NCBI GenBank assembly: GCA_945870555.1
Contig: CAMBSI010000001.1
Coordinates: forward strand, 21,656 to 85,655
Source: Staphylococcus epidermidis
GTDB taxonomy: Bacteria > Bacillota_I > Bacilli_A > RFN20 > CAG-826
DNA: 64,000 nucleotides
Direction: 5' to 3'
Shown: one piece after another, positions 1 to 9,375 of the stretch
How positions within the stretch are numbered: the stretch's first letter is position 1
Layout: each line of letters begins with the position of its first letter
Translations under genes and position numbers: made by a program
Notes under the pieces: generated by a model
What the model was told of the DNA's origin: nothing
The model's database searches: none
What the model saw: only the letters and a program-made list of their open reading frames with translations

Positions 1-1
1 T

Positions 2-1651
2 GGATATGTTATATTTAAGTTATTAAAGATAACCATGTTGTTTATTAAAAAACCGTTCCAAGAACTTGAAAAACGCTATCAAGATACCCATGCGCTTTTT
101 TTTGTTCAAGCAGAGGCAATTTATCATCGTTTAGAAAAGATTTCGAAACATAATCTTGAATACTTTAGTTACTTTGAAGGCATCAGTAAACATCATGACA
201 TGATTAAACTTGATCTCGATCACAAGGCAAAAGATCAATTAGCAAAACTATCCCAATACGTCAAAGACAATAATGGAAAAGCTTTTACTGCGCTTTATCA
301 ACCGGCCCGAATTACGTTAGATGTATTTGAAAGTGCTGTGAAGAAATTGATGCAAGAATTGACGATGATTATGAAACCAGAAGAAGATACGAAACTTCAA
401 ATTGCTGAAGTAAAGGAACTGATTCGTCACCTTCGTAGTGAATATTTTGGCAAAATCAATCAACTTACGCTTGTAGAAAACCAATTTAACAATTTGTTTA
501 AATATGTCGATGATCAAATCAACTTTATCGACCAAAAAATGGATGCAGGCGAATATGATGACATCCAACAAATGATTTCAAAAATCACGCGTGCCGTTAA
601 AAAAATTCTCAGCTTAATGAATGATTTACCAAGAATTTGCGTCTTACTTGCACGGGTGATTCCAGATAAAATAACGAATTTAATCGAAACATCAGAGTTG
701 ATGCACAAGCAAGGTTACCCACTGCATCACCTTATGATTAAAGACACGATTACAAAAGCGAAAGATGAAATCGAACGATTACAGGTTCGGATTACAGTTT
801 TTGATATTCTCGGTATGGAAACTCAACTAAATGCAATTGGTGAAAAATTAGAAAATTTCTTTCCATTATTTGAGAAAGAAAAAGAAGCAAAGATCATTTT
901 TGATCGCGATTATGAGAAAACTTATGCTGCGGTCAATCTGTTAGAAAAGAGATTTTCAAAAGTTAACTCTGGATTACCAAAAGTAAAAGAGATTTATGTT
1001 TTGGAACACCAATTACTTTCTGATATCGATCAAATTAAAGAATTAATTTCCAGAATGAATCAAACCAAACGTGGCCTCGATACACTGGTTCTTGCCGGCA
1101 CCAAACAGCCCTACACGTTACAGGTAGATAAAATTAATATTTTAAAAAAAGAAACGGAAGTTGGCGATCAAAAACTTGATGATTTTTCACGTTATTTGTC
1201 ATCCCTAAAATCGCAATCCCAAGAGGCATATGCATCCGTTAATCAATTTTTCCTTCAATTCAAAGATGCAGAAAAAGCGTTGGAAGATTTAAACATGCAA
1301 ATATTGATTGATCAATACTATCCTCAACTCACGACGTTTTATCAACATTTAAAACAGATTGTGGATGCGCTTAGTTTATTACCAATTGATATGAATATTG
1401 TTCAACAAAATTTAAACTTGGTTAAAAAAGATGGGCAGGCACTCGTTCAGCGTATTCACGCAACGATGAAATTAGCCTTGGAAACTGAAAAGCTTTTACT
1501 GATTGCCAATAAAGATCGCCACCGGACGTCAGATAATCAAAAAATTATCGCCTTAGCAGAACAAGCATTTTTTGAAGGTAAGTTTGATAAGGCTTACCAA
1601 GAGACATCGAATTTGCTTAAAAAAATCTTAACCACGAATACAAATAAATAA
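2..1651 (+). CDS. ezrA: Septation ring formation regulator EzrA (probably 5'-truncated by the window edge)
   Basis: Long all-helical, spectrin-repeat-like protein of about 540 aa with EzrA-like segments (GYPLHHL, LPIDM, AEQAFFEGKFDKAY). The frame is open from position 2 (GYVIFKLLKITM), so the N-terminal TM anchor likely starts upstream. Confidence 0.8.
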   Translation, partial: GYVIFKLLKITMLFIKKPFQELEKRYQDTHALFFVQAEAIYHRLEKISKHNLEYFSYFEGISKHHDMIKLDLDHKAKDQLAKLSQYVKDNNGKAFTALYQPARITLDVFESAVKKLMQELTMIMKPEEDTKLQIAEVKELIRHLRSEYFGKINQLTLVENQFNNLFKYVDDQINFIDQKMDAGEYDDIQQMISKITRAVKKILSLMNDLPRICVLLARVIPDKITNLIETSELMHKQGYPLHHLMIKDTITKAKDEIERLQVRITVFDILGMETQLNAIGEKLENFFPLFEKEKEAKIIFDRDYEKTYAAVNLLEKRFSKVNSGLPKVKEIYVLEHQLLSDIDQIKELISRMNQTKRGLDTLVLAGTKQPYTLQVDKINILKKETEVGDQKLDDFSRYLSSLKSQSQEAYASVNQFFLQFKDAEKALEDLNMQILIDQYYPQLTTFYQHLKQIVDALSLLPIDMNIVQQNLNLVKKDGQALVQRIHATMKLALETEKLLLIANKDRHRTSDNQKIIALAEQAFFEGKFDKAYQETSNLLKKILTTNTNK

Positions 1652-1685
1652 AAAAAACTCGGTAATACCGAGTTTTTATTTTTTT
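1651..1685. terminator. Bidirectional intrinsic terminator between convergent ezrA and rplT
   Basis: AAAAAAACTCGGT-AAT-ACCGAGTTTTT perfect hairpin with A and T tracts on both sides. Confidence 0.85.
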
Positions 1686-1697
1686 ACAACATTACGC

Positions 1698-2054
1698 TTA
1701 AGCTTTGAGGTGTTGCTTAGCAGTTTCAACCAATGTTTTAAAACTGGTTTCATCATGAATGGCTAACTCAGATAACATTTTTCGGTTTACGGTTATGCCT
1801 GCTTGCTTTAAACCAAACATAAATTGACTATACGATAAAGCATAGACACGAACCGCCGCATTGATTCGTTTAATCCATAATTTTCTAAAGTCTGACTTAA
1901 TTTTTCGACGATCACGATAAGCATATAAGCGTGCTTTCATGACCGCTTGTTTTGCGGTTCTAAATAAACGGTGTCTTGCTCCGAAGTAACCTTCGGCTCG
2001 ATTCAAAACGCGTTTACGACGGGCGCGACTAACGGTTCCACCTTTTACTCTCAT
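1698..2054 (-). CDS. rplT: 50S ribosomal protein L20
   Basis: MRVKGG...AYRDRR...[12 protein letters not shown]...NRKMLSELA. Confidence 0.98.
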   Translation of the reverse strand: MRVKGGTVSRARRKRVLNRAEGYFGARHRLFRTAKQAVMKARLYAYRDRRKIKSDFRKLWIKRINAAVRVYALSYSQFMFGLKQAGITVNRKMLSELAIHDETSFKTLVETAKQHLKA

Positions 2055-2067
2055 GGTTATCTCCTCC

Positions 2068-2271
2068 TTAACGGCCTAGCAAGGCTTTGATCCGTTTGTA
2101 ATCGGAAGCCGAGATTTGGCGAGACTTTCTAGCTTGACGCTTTTGTTTGGTCGATTTATGACGCGACAAGTGACCTGTATAGGCAGATTTACGCATCAAT
2201 TTTCCACTTTTTGTGATTTTGATACGCTTCATGAGCGCACGCTTTGATTTTAATTTGTATTTTTTTGCCAT
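2068..2271 (-). CDS. rpmI: 50S ribosomal protein L35
   Basis: [19 protein letters not shown]...H...KSTKQKR; lies between infC and rplT. Confidence 0.96.
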   Translation of the reverse strand: MAKKYKLKSKRALMKRIKITKSGKLMRKSAYTGHLSRHKSTKQKRQARKSRQISASDYKRIKALLGR

Positions 2272-2284
2272 ACATCAGGCTCCT

Positions 2285-2845
2285 TTATTTTTTAATCGAA
2301 CTGGTTAGAAAGGTTGTCAGTAATTTACCTTCTAGTTCGGGTTTCTTTTCGACGGTTCCAACGTGTTTGACAGATTCAATAAATTTATTGACCATGTCGA
2401 TACCTAAGTCTTGATGCGCCATTTGTCGACCTTTAAATCGGAGAACGAGTTTAACTTTATCACCTGCTTCAAAGAATCCTATGGCGGCTTTAACTTTTAC
2501 TTGAAGATCGTGTTCACCAATTTGGGGACTAATTTGAATTTCCTTAATTTCAATGACATGTTGATTCTTCTTTGCTTCTTTTGCTTTTTTTTGTTGTTCG
2601 AAGCGATATTTTCCATAGTCCAGAATCTTGCATACCGGGGGTTTTGCACCTGGCGCAACACAGAGCAAGTCTAAGCCTTGTTGTTCTGCGAGTTGATTCG
2701 CTTGATAACTATTCATCACTCCAAGTTGTTTTCCAGTTTGATCGATGACGAGCACCTGAGCAAAACGGATTTGGTTGTTGACGAGGTCACCGTTGTTTTT
2801 CTTATCTGGTCGAATAGGTACGTTCATGTACGCGATAGTGATCAC
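2285..2845 (-). CDS. infC: Translation initiation factor IF-3 (start likely non-canonical ATC at 2836)
   Basis: NNQIR...VLVID..G.QLG...PPVCKILDYGKYRFEQ...KVKLVLRFKGRQ. Confidence 0.97.
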   Translation of the reverse strand: MITIAYMNVPIRPDKKNNGDLVNNQIRFAQVLVIDQTGKQLGVMNSYQANQLAEQQGLDLLCVAPGAKPPVCKILDYGKYRFEQQKKAKEAKKNQHVIEIKEIQISPQIGEHDLQVKVKAAIGFFEAGDKVKLVLRFKGRQMAHQDLGIDMVNKFIESVKHVGTVEKKPELEGKLLTTFLTSSIKK

Positions 2846-2857
2846 ACTCCTTTATTA

Positions 2858-2970
2858 AATAAAAATGGACGCGTGACGCGTCCATTCAACAATCATAGAA
2901 GGTTTAATTTCTAGCGATTGACCCATTCTGAATCAGAATCAGGTGAGAAGCGGACGCCTCTACTTTCTAT
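2858..2970 (-). ncRNA. L20 leader (ribosomal protein autoregulatory attenuator)
   Basis: Minus strand reads AAAGTAGAGGCGTCCGCTTCTCACCTGA...GGTCAAT..., then terminator AATGGACGCG-TCA-CGCGTCCATT-TTT; upstream of infC-rpmI-rplT. Confidence 0.85.
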
Positions 2971-3007
2971 TTTTACAATCGTAAATATATCATAATTGAC
3001 CAGAAAG

Positions 3008-4927
3008 TCAATTGTCGATGCGCAGTGAGGTAATGTCCGTGACTTCTTTTGCTACTTTTTCTAAAAATTCCTTCATCGTGACGGTGGTTTGGACTTCTGA
3101 TCCATAAGGGCGATACGTCACCAATTGACCATCGCGTTCTTTGTCACCAATGACAATAGAGTAAGGGATTTTTTCCACTTGGGCGTTACGAATACGATAT
3201 CCAAGTTTTTCATTGCTTGCATCCACCTCTGCTCGTAAACCAAGCGCAGCAGCAGCTTTTTTAAATGCATAACTATATTCAAGATGAAAGCTTTGATTAA
3301 CCGGAAGAATCTTAATTTGAACAGGCGCTAACCACGTTGGGAATGCCCCAGCATAGTGTTCAATCAAGATACCGATGAAACGTTCTAATGAACCATATAC
3401 CACGCGGTGTAACATGACCGGTCTTACTTTTTCATTCTTCTCATTAATGTAGGTTAAATCAAATCGTTCAGGGTTATTCATGTCAAGCTGAACCGTACCA
3501 CATTGCCAGGTTCTCCCAACCGAATCTTTTAATTTAAAGTCAAGTTTAGGACCATAAAATGCACCATCTCCAGGATTAATCTTAAAAGTTTTTCCCATTG
3601 CCGTTAAGGCATCACCTAATGCTTTTTCTGATTTTTCCCACGTTTCTAATGTACCAATGTACTTATCTTCGGGCCGGGTGGATAGAAAAACATCATATTC
3701 AATATGAAAAACCTTTTTATAAAAGAAGTCGAAAAGCTTGACGATTTCTTTGACTTCATTTTCAAGTTGTTCAGGGGTGCAATAAATATGGGCATCATCT
3801 TGGGTGAAATTCCTAACACGGAATAATCCTGATAAAGCGCCACTGGCTTCGTGACGGTGAACACTTCCTAATTCTCCCATGCGTATTGGAAGATCTTTGT
3901 AGGAGTAAAATTCGTTTTTGTAAACGAGCATACTGCCAGGACAATTCATCGGCTTAATGGCATATTCTTTATCATCGATTTCAGAAACATACATATTATC
4001 GCGGTAATTTTTCCAGTGGCCAGAGGTTTCCCAAAGATCTTTGGATAACATCGTTGGGGTTTGAACAAGTTGATACCCAGAAGCGCGATGAACATCGATC
4101 CAGAAATTTTCTAAAGTTTTTCTTAAGACCATCCCTTTGTTTAACCAAAATGGAAAACCAGGACCATAGTCAGAAATCATAAACAATCCTAATTCTTTTC
4201 CTAGTTTACGGTGGTCGCGTTTTTTACGTTCTTCAACCATTAATACATAAGCATCTAAATCTTTTTTATTAAAGAATGCCGTTCCATAAATACGGGTTAA
4301 TTGTTTGTTTTTGCTATCTCCACGCCAGTATGCGCCGGCGATTGATAAGAGTTTAAAGTTTTGATTGTAACTCGTATTGATAAAGTGAGGTCCTAAACAT
4401 AAATCAGTAAAATCACCTTGGGAATAAGTTGAGATTGTTCCGGTTAACGCCTGAATCATATCGCTCTTATAAGGATCACCCTTAAACATGGATAAGGCTT
4501 CTTGTTTACTGACTTCTTTTCTTTTGATGGGAAAAGATTGTTTGGCAAGTTCAATCATCTTTGTTTCGATTTTTGGAAAATCTTCTTCACTGATGGGTTG
4601 AGGTAAATCCATGTCGTAGTAAAATCCTTCATCAATGGCAGGTCCAACACCAAATTTAGTACCGGGATAAAGGGCAATCATGGCTTGGGCTAGTAAATGA
4701 GATGCATCATGACGTAACATCGTTAAGGCTTCTACATCTTTTTCAGTAATAAGACGAAATTTGCCTTCCTTTGGAATTGGCCAATATAAATCAAAAAGTT
4801 GTCCATCAAGTTCATAAGCCAATACTTTTTTTGCTAATGAGGGAGAAATTTGAGTTGCAACATCTAATCCGGTTGCCCCTAATTTCAACGCCATCGTTTT
4901 GCCATCTGGTAGAATAATGTTCATCAT
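3008..4927 (-). CDS. thrS: Threonine--tRNA ligase
   Basis: TGS domain, RDHRKLGKEL, KPMNCP, GLFRVRNFTQDDAH, GAFYGPKLD, HRVVYGSLERF. Confidence 0.98.
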   Translation of the reverse strand: MMNIILPDGKTMALKLGATGLDVATQISPSLAKKVLAYELDGQLFDLYWPIPKEGKFRLITEKDVEALTMLRHDASHLLAQAMIALYPGTKFGVGPAIDEGFYYDMDLPQPISEEDFPKIETKMIELAKQSFPIKRKEVSKQEALSMFKGDPYKSDMIQALTGTISTYSQGDFTDLCLGPHFINTSYNQNFKLLSIAGAYWRGDSKNKQLTRIYGTAFFNKKDLDAYVLMVEERKKRDHRKLGKELGLFMISDYGPGFPFWLNKGMVLRKTLENFWIDVHRASGYQLVQTPTMLSKDLWETSGHWKNYRDNMYVSEIDDKEYAIKPMNCPGSMLVYKNEFYSYKDLPIRMGELGSVHRHEASGALSGLFRVRNFTQDDAHIYCTPEQLENEVKEIVKLFDFFYKKVFHIEYDVFLSTRPEDKYIGTLETWEKSEKALGDALTAMGKTFKINPGDGAFYGPKLDFKLKDSVGRTWQCGTVQLDMNNPERFDLTYINEKNEKVRPVMLHRVVYGSLERFIGILIEHYAGAFPTWLAPVQIKILPVNQSFHLEYSYAFKKAAAALGLRAEVDASNEKLGYRIRNAQVEKIPYSIVIGDKERDGQLVTYRPYGSEVQTTVTMKEFLEKVAKEVTDITSLRIDN

Positions 4928-4939
4928 TTCTCCTTTTAA

Positions 4940-5150
4940 ATAAAAAAACGTCCATCAATAAGGACGCTGTTCGCGTGGTACCACCTTAATTTACATGTGA
5001 TTAAACATGTACGCTTCATACTCTTAACGCGAGTCACGATTGAGTTAACTCAATAGCTCAGAAGTGGTGATGATGATTGGAATGCGGTTAAGTTTTCACC
5101 AAGACAACTTAACTCTCTAATCGCAACGCGAATCATCAAAGCTTCATCAA
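4940..5150 (-). ncRNA. T-box riboswitch (Thr, specifier ACC)
   Basis: Minus strand AGAGAG...GGTGAAA stem I motifs, ACC specifier at 5068-5066, T-box AATTAAGGTGGTACCACG, terminator CGTCC...GGACG-TTTTTTT. Confidence 0.92.
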
Positions 5151-5188
5151 CGCTAGTTATATTATATAACGAATCCTAATAAGTGCAA

Positions 5189-6025
5189 TTATTTCAAGGC
5201 AAAGGCGAGGTTTGCTGCACCAATGATCCCAGCGTCCTGTCCGAATTGAGCAAGCGCTAACGGAATATGCGGAACCGCAGATTGGAGTTGGTCCCAAAAA
5301 TATGCTTTTGATTTCATGACGCCGCCTGTAAAAATAAATGCTTGAGGACGATAATACTGATCAACAAATTTAAGGAAATGCGTCAGGTAGTCCAACCATT
5401 GTTGGAAGATAGGCATCACCAAAGGATCTTTCTTATCCACACGCGCGAAAAAAGTTTTTGCATCTGGTAAATTAACACCATGATGCTTTGCTAAATTGAT
5501 AATTCCTTGGCCGCTTGCTACCTTTTCAAATTCCTCTACACCATTGCCAAACGGGACCAGCATATGTCCAATTTCTTCAGAACTATGTTTGAGTTCGTGA
5601 TTGGCAATGAAAGCTGCACCAATACCGGTAGATATGGTGATGAAATAACTTGAAGATAGTGGTTTGCCAAAACCTAAATTACCTTCAGCAACTGCAGCCA
5701 TGACCGCATCATTTTTGATGGTTACTGGTAAATGATAAGTGGATTCTAAAAATGATTTAAGTGGAACATGACGAATCCCAATATTAGGCAAAATATCGAT
5801 GCCACCAAGTGCATCCACTCGTCCGGGTACACCACATGCAATTGCTTGAATTTTGATTCCTGATTTTAAAAGACCATCGATGCTTTTTTTGATTTGAGAT
5901 AAAAAGGCCTGGAGATCATTTAGTGGCGTGGGTTGAACATCCACATGGATGAGTTGATAGTTTTCATTTACAATCGCTGCTCTTAAATTTGTTCCCCCGA
6001 TATCTAAGGCAATCACATGCTTCAT
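5189..6025 (-). CDS. ROK family sugar kinase (putative glucokinase)
   Basis: DIGGTN, GVPG, NDA, ISTGIG, EIGH, AGIIGAA; overlaps the pyk stop. Confidence 0.88.
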   Translation of the reverse strand: MKHVIALDIGGTNLRAAIVNENYQLIHVDVQPTPLNDLQAFLSQIKKSIDGLLKSGIKIQAIACGVPGRVDALGGIDILPNIGIRHVPLKSFLESTYHLPVTIKNDAVMAAVAEGNLGFGKPLSSSYFITISTGIGAAFIANHELKHSSEEIGHMLVPFGNGVEEFEKVASGQGIINLAKHHGVNLPDAKTFFARVDKKDPLVMPIFQQWLDYLTHFLKFVDQYYRPQAFIFTGGVMKSKAYFWDQLQSAVPHIPLALAQFGQDAGIIGAANLAFALK

Positions 6026-7476
6026 AAACGCTCTTCCTTGAGGTCCTTTAGGGTGAGAATTTTCATAAAGTTAGTCGAACCGACGCCAGTTGGAACACCA
6101 CCGGTTAGGAGAATATTCGCTCCGGGTTTTAGTCCTATTTGTCTTGCCTTTAAAATGGCAAATGCTTCCATATCTTCGATGAATTGAGGCAGCGTTTTCG
6201 CATAAAAACCATAAACACCCCAAATCAATCCTAAATTTAAAACCGTTTCTCGACGATCACTGATTGCAAAAATTGGGCATATCGGTCTTGCTTTGGAAAT
6301 GCGTCGCGCTGCAACACCGGTTTCGGTAAAGGTGAAAATTGCTTGGGCGTTAATTAATAATGCTGTATTGGCGACAGAGTTGGCGATGGCGTCTGAATTA
6401 ATTTTATTACTACTTTCGTATGCTTGTTTAGACATGTTTTGATAGTCTAATTCTTTTTCCATCGTGATGGAAATTTTGGCTTGCATGAGAACGGATTCTA
6501 CAGGATACTTGCCGCTTGCAGATTCGGCTGATAACATGACCGCATCACTACTTTCAAGAATTGCATTTGCGACGTCTGAAACTTCAGCACGCGTTGGTCT
6601 TGGCATATTCACCATGCTATCTAACATCTGCGTTGCGGTAATCACTGGTTTTCCAACTCGACGGCATAAATTTACAATTCTTTTTTGAACAATTGGAACT
6701 TGTTCCGCAGCGATTTCCACGCCTAAGTCCCCGCGAGCCACCATGATGCCATCGGAAGCTTCAAGAATCTCTTCTAAATTAGTTACGCCTTCAGGATTTT
6801 CAATCTTTGCGATGATTTGAATATTTGGTTTTCCATATTTTTGTAGGATGGTTCGTATATCTAAAATATCCTGTTTTCTTCTGGTAAAACTTGCCGCGAT
6901 ATAATCTACATTATGCTCACAACCAAATTTGAAATCCGCTTCATCTTGAGCGGATATAAAAGGCATCGATAATCTTGCGAATGGAGCATTTAAACCCTTA
7001 CGATTTTTAATCGTGTGGGTATTCAGTACTTTACATACTAATTGTTTTTGCTGACGATCTTTTTCGGTGATTAATAGTCCAAGATTTCCATCATCAATTC
7101 TTAATTGGTCACCAACTTTGACGTCATCATATAACCCAGCATATGAAACTGAAAAGATGTCAGCATTTCCTAACAACGGGGTCATGCTCACACGAATCAT
7201 GCTATCTTGCTTAATTAATGCGGAATCATCCTTAAACATCCCGACGCGAATTTCCGGTCCGCGTGAATCCAACATCACAGGAATAAAAATTCCTTTTTCT
7301 TTTTCAAGACGTCTTGCGAGTTCAATTTTTTTAAGGTGCGTTGGATAATCTCCATGAGAAAAATTGACCCGCATGACATTCATGCCAGCGTCAACAAGCT
7401 CTACCAATTTTTCATAGGTTTCCGATGCAGGTCCAATCGTTGCTACGATTTTTGTCTTTTTGTCATATCTATACAT
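6022..7476 (-). CDS. pyk: Pyruvate kinase
   Basis: KTKIVATIGPAS, RVNFSHG, IIAKIEN, DGIMVARGDLGVE, ATQMLDSM, PTRAEVSDVANA. Confidence 0.98.
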   Translation of the reverse strand: MYRYDKKTKIVATIGPASETYEKLVELVDAGMNVMRVNFSHGDYPTHLKKIELARRLEKEKGIFIPVMLDSRGPEIRVGMFKDDSALIKQDSMIRVSMTPLLGNADIFSVSYAGLYDDVKVGDQLRIDDGNLGLLITEKDRQQKQLVCKVLNTHTIKNRKGLNAPFARLSMPFISAQDEADFKFGCEHNVDYIAASFTRRKQDILDIRTILQKYGKPNIQIIAKIENPEGVTNLEEILEASDGIMVARGDLGVEIAAEQVPIVQKRIVNLCRRVGKPVITATQMLDSMVNMPRPTRAEVSDVANAILESSDAVMLSAESASGKYPVESVLMQAKISITMEKELDYQNMSKQAYESSNKINSDAIANSVANTALLINAQAIFTFTETGVAARRISKARPICPIFAISDRRETVLNLGLIWGVYGFYAKTLPQFIEDMEAFAILKARQIGLKPGANILLTGGVPTGVGSTNFMKILTLKDLKEERL

Positions 7477-7480
7477 AATT

Positions 7481-8443
7481 TTATTTTAACCGATCAATCA
7501 CATTAACGATTCTCGTATGCTTTTCTCTTTGCATGGCGAGCGCTTCGTGTATATCTAAGTCAATTAAGCTTTGGCCTTTGACTCCGATACAGCGACTGGT
7601 CTTCCCTTCATTTAAACATTGTACGGCGTATTCGCCCATTCGCGAAGCAAGAATGCGATCAAACGCAGAAGGAGATCCTCCACGCTGAATTCTACCGAGA
7701 ACTTCAGTTCGTACTTCAAAGCCAGTTTCTTGTTGAACAAATCGTGCGAGTTCAGTTAAATCAAACAATTTTTCTGACACAATCACCATTGCATGGTTTT
7801 TACTTGTCGCTTTTTGAAACTTAAGGCGTTCCACAATTTCTTTCAATGGAATTAAGTTATCTCCGGAAATGGTAAGTTCAGCCCCACATGCTAAACCAGC
7901 ATAGATTGCTAAATCACCAGCACGATTACCCATCACTTCAATTATCGAACAACGTTGATGCGAGAAAGTGGTATCCCTTAATTTATCGACTGCTGTGACA
8001 ATCGTGTTTAGGCACGTATCAAATCCAATCGTGTAATCCGTGCATGCAATATCATTGTCGATTGTTCCGGGCAAACCGATGCAATTAATTCCCATATCCG
8101 AGAGATCTTTTGCACCACGGTAAGTTCCATCTCCGCCAATCACGACCAACGCATTGATACCAAAACGCTTTAATTGTTTCACACCTTCTTCGCGTATGTT
8201 AATATCAATAAATTCTGGCAACCGTGCCGATCTTAAAATGGTTCCACCTTTATTGATGATTTGTGAAACAAAACTACGATCTACTTTTTCAATTTGACCA
8301 CCAACTAGCCCTCGATACCCGTTGTAAATTGCATAAACATCATGGCCGTAACTAATGCCAGATCGTACAATGGCCCGAATCGCTGCATTCATACCGGGAG
8401 AATCACCCCCTGAGGTCAAAACCCCGATGCTAAGTTTTTTCAC
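7481..8443 (-). CDS. pfkA: ATP-dependent 6-phosphofructokinase
   Basis: TSGGDSPGMN, IGGDGT, PGTIDND, EVMG, QRGG. GTG start at 8443 follows an AAGGA SD and overlaps the upstream TGA stop (GTGA). Confidence 0.97.
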   Translation of the reverse strand: MKKLSIGVLTSGGDSPGMNAAIRAIVRSGISYGHDVYAIYNGYRGLVGGQIEKVDRSFVSQIINKGGTILRSARLPEFIDINIREEGVKQLKRFGINALVVIGGDGTYRGAKDLSDMGINCIGLPGTIDNDIACTDYTIGFDTCLNTIVTAVDKLRDTTFSHQRCSIIEVMGNRAGDLAIYAGLACGAELTISGDNLIPLKEIVERLKFQKATSKNHAMVIVSEKLFDLTELARFVQQETGFEVRTEVLGRIQRGGSPSAFDRILASRMGEYAVQCLNEGKTSRCIGVKGQSLIDLDIHEALAMQREKHTRIVNVIDRLK

Positions 8444-9252
8444 TTCGATTCCTTCCACCAATTTAATGCTTGCTTTGTTTTGTTGGGAAGAAGAAGATGA
8501 CTAGTTCGTTTTGTTGAACGTGGGTCATGTTTTTCGCCTCTTGGGACAACATGCCAACTTTGTAAATTTCCAAGTTTCTTCAAGTTAGATTGAATTTGGG
8601 AATAATCAAACATCTTACAAGAAAAAATATCGAAGAACATTTGTTTTGTCTTGAGATTAAGATGGATTGATAAATGGGATTCTGCAATCATCACAATACT
8701 CGATAAATAGGTTGGGTCTTTATAACGATTATAGATGCCATAAGCTCTGGTTATCGGGGTCATGCCAATTTTGGAAATTAAATCTTCCAGAAACGTATTG
8801 GTAGTTTCTAAGGTCATTAACGAACCTAGTTGTAACGTTGCCATGACGTGTGGTCCAAAGACTTCTTTTGGATCAAAAGTTTCTGAGGTATTTGGACCTA
8901 ATCGATTTGCAGAAAATAAACGACTAAATTTAGGGTTTGTGGGCAAATAGGATTGAATAATTTTTTCAAAATTTTCCTTCGATATATCTTTCGGAGTGTA
9001 GAAATCTACAAAAAAACAACCCCGAAGTGGGAATGTATGAATCGTGAAATGCCCACCTTCAAGAAAAATATAACTAGATAAGCCTTCATCTAAGGGAACC
9101 AAACCATAATCATATGGTAAGAGATAAGCAGGAGAAATTGGTTTAATGCCTAAATCAAATAAGACTAAATTGATGGTCTGATTGATAAAAGAAGCATCAC
9201 CTAGTGGTAACTTTGCTTTTGCGCCATAACCATCGAACATTAAATGTGTCAT
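8440..9252 (-). CDS. Tandem two-domain S-adenosylmethionine decarboxylase (SpeD)-like pyruvoyl proenzyme
   Basis: Two SpeD-like repeats: HLMFD...GLSSYIFLEGGHFTIHTFP...VDFYT and GPHVM...LSSIVMIAESHLSIH...FDIFSCK.FD. Confidence 0.8.
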   Translation of the reverse strand: MTHLMFDGYGAKAKLPLGDASFINQTINLVLFDLGIKPISPAYLLPYDYGLVPLDEGLSSYIFLEGGHFTIHTFPLRGCFFVDFYTPKDISKENFEKIIQSYLPTNPKFSRLFSANRLGPNTSETFDPKEVFGPHVMATLQLGSLMTLETTNTFLEDLISKIGMTPITRAYGIYNRYKDPTYLSSIVMIAESHLSIHLNLKTKQMFFDIFSCKMFDYSQIQSNLKKLGNLQSWHVVPRGEKHDPRSTKRTSHLLLPNKTKQALNWWKESK

Positions 9253-9277
9253 GTATGGTTCTCCATTTACCTAGATA

Positions 9278-9306
9278 ATGCTATCAAAAATAGGGTGGTT
9301 TATCAA
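9278..9306 (-). promoter_or_regulatory. Putative sigma-A promoter of the speD-like-pfkA-pyk-glk operon
   Basis: Minus strand TTGATA-17 nt-TAGCAT with an extended TG, then GGAG SD. Confidence 0.55.
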
Positions 9307-9375
9307 TGAAAGTTATTCGATAGAAAACAAAGATTTCTTTTCAATTGAATCGGTTATAATTTATAATAATCTTCT

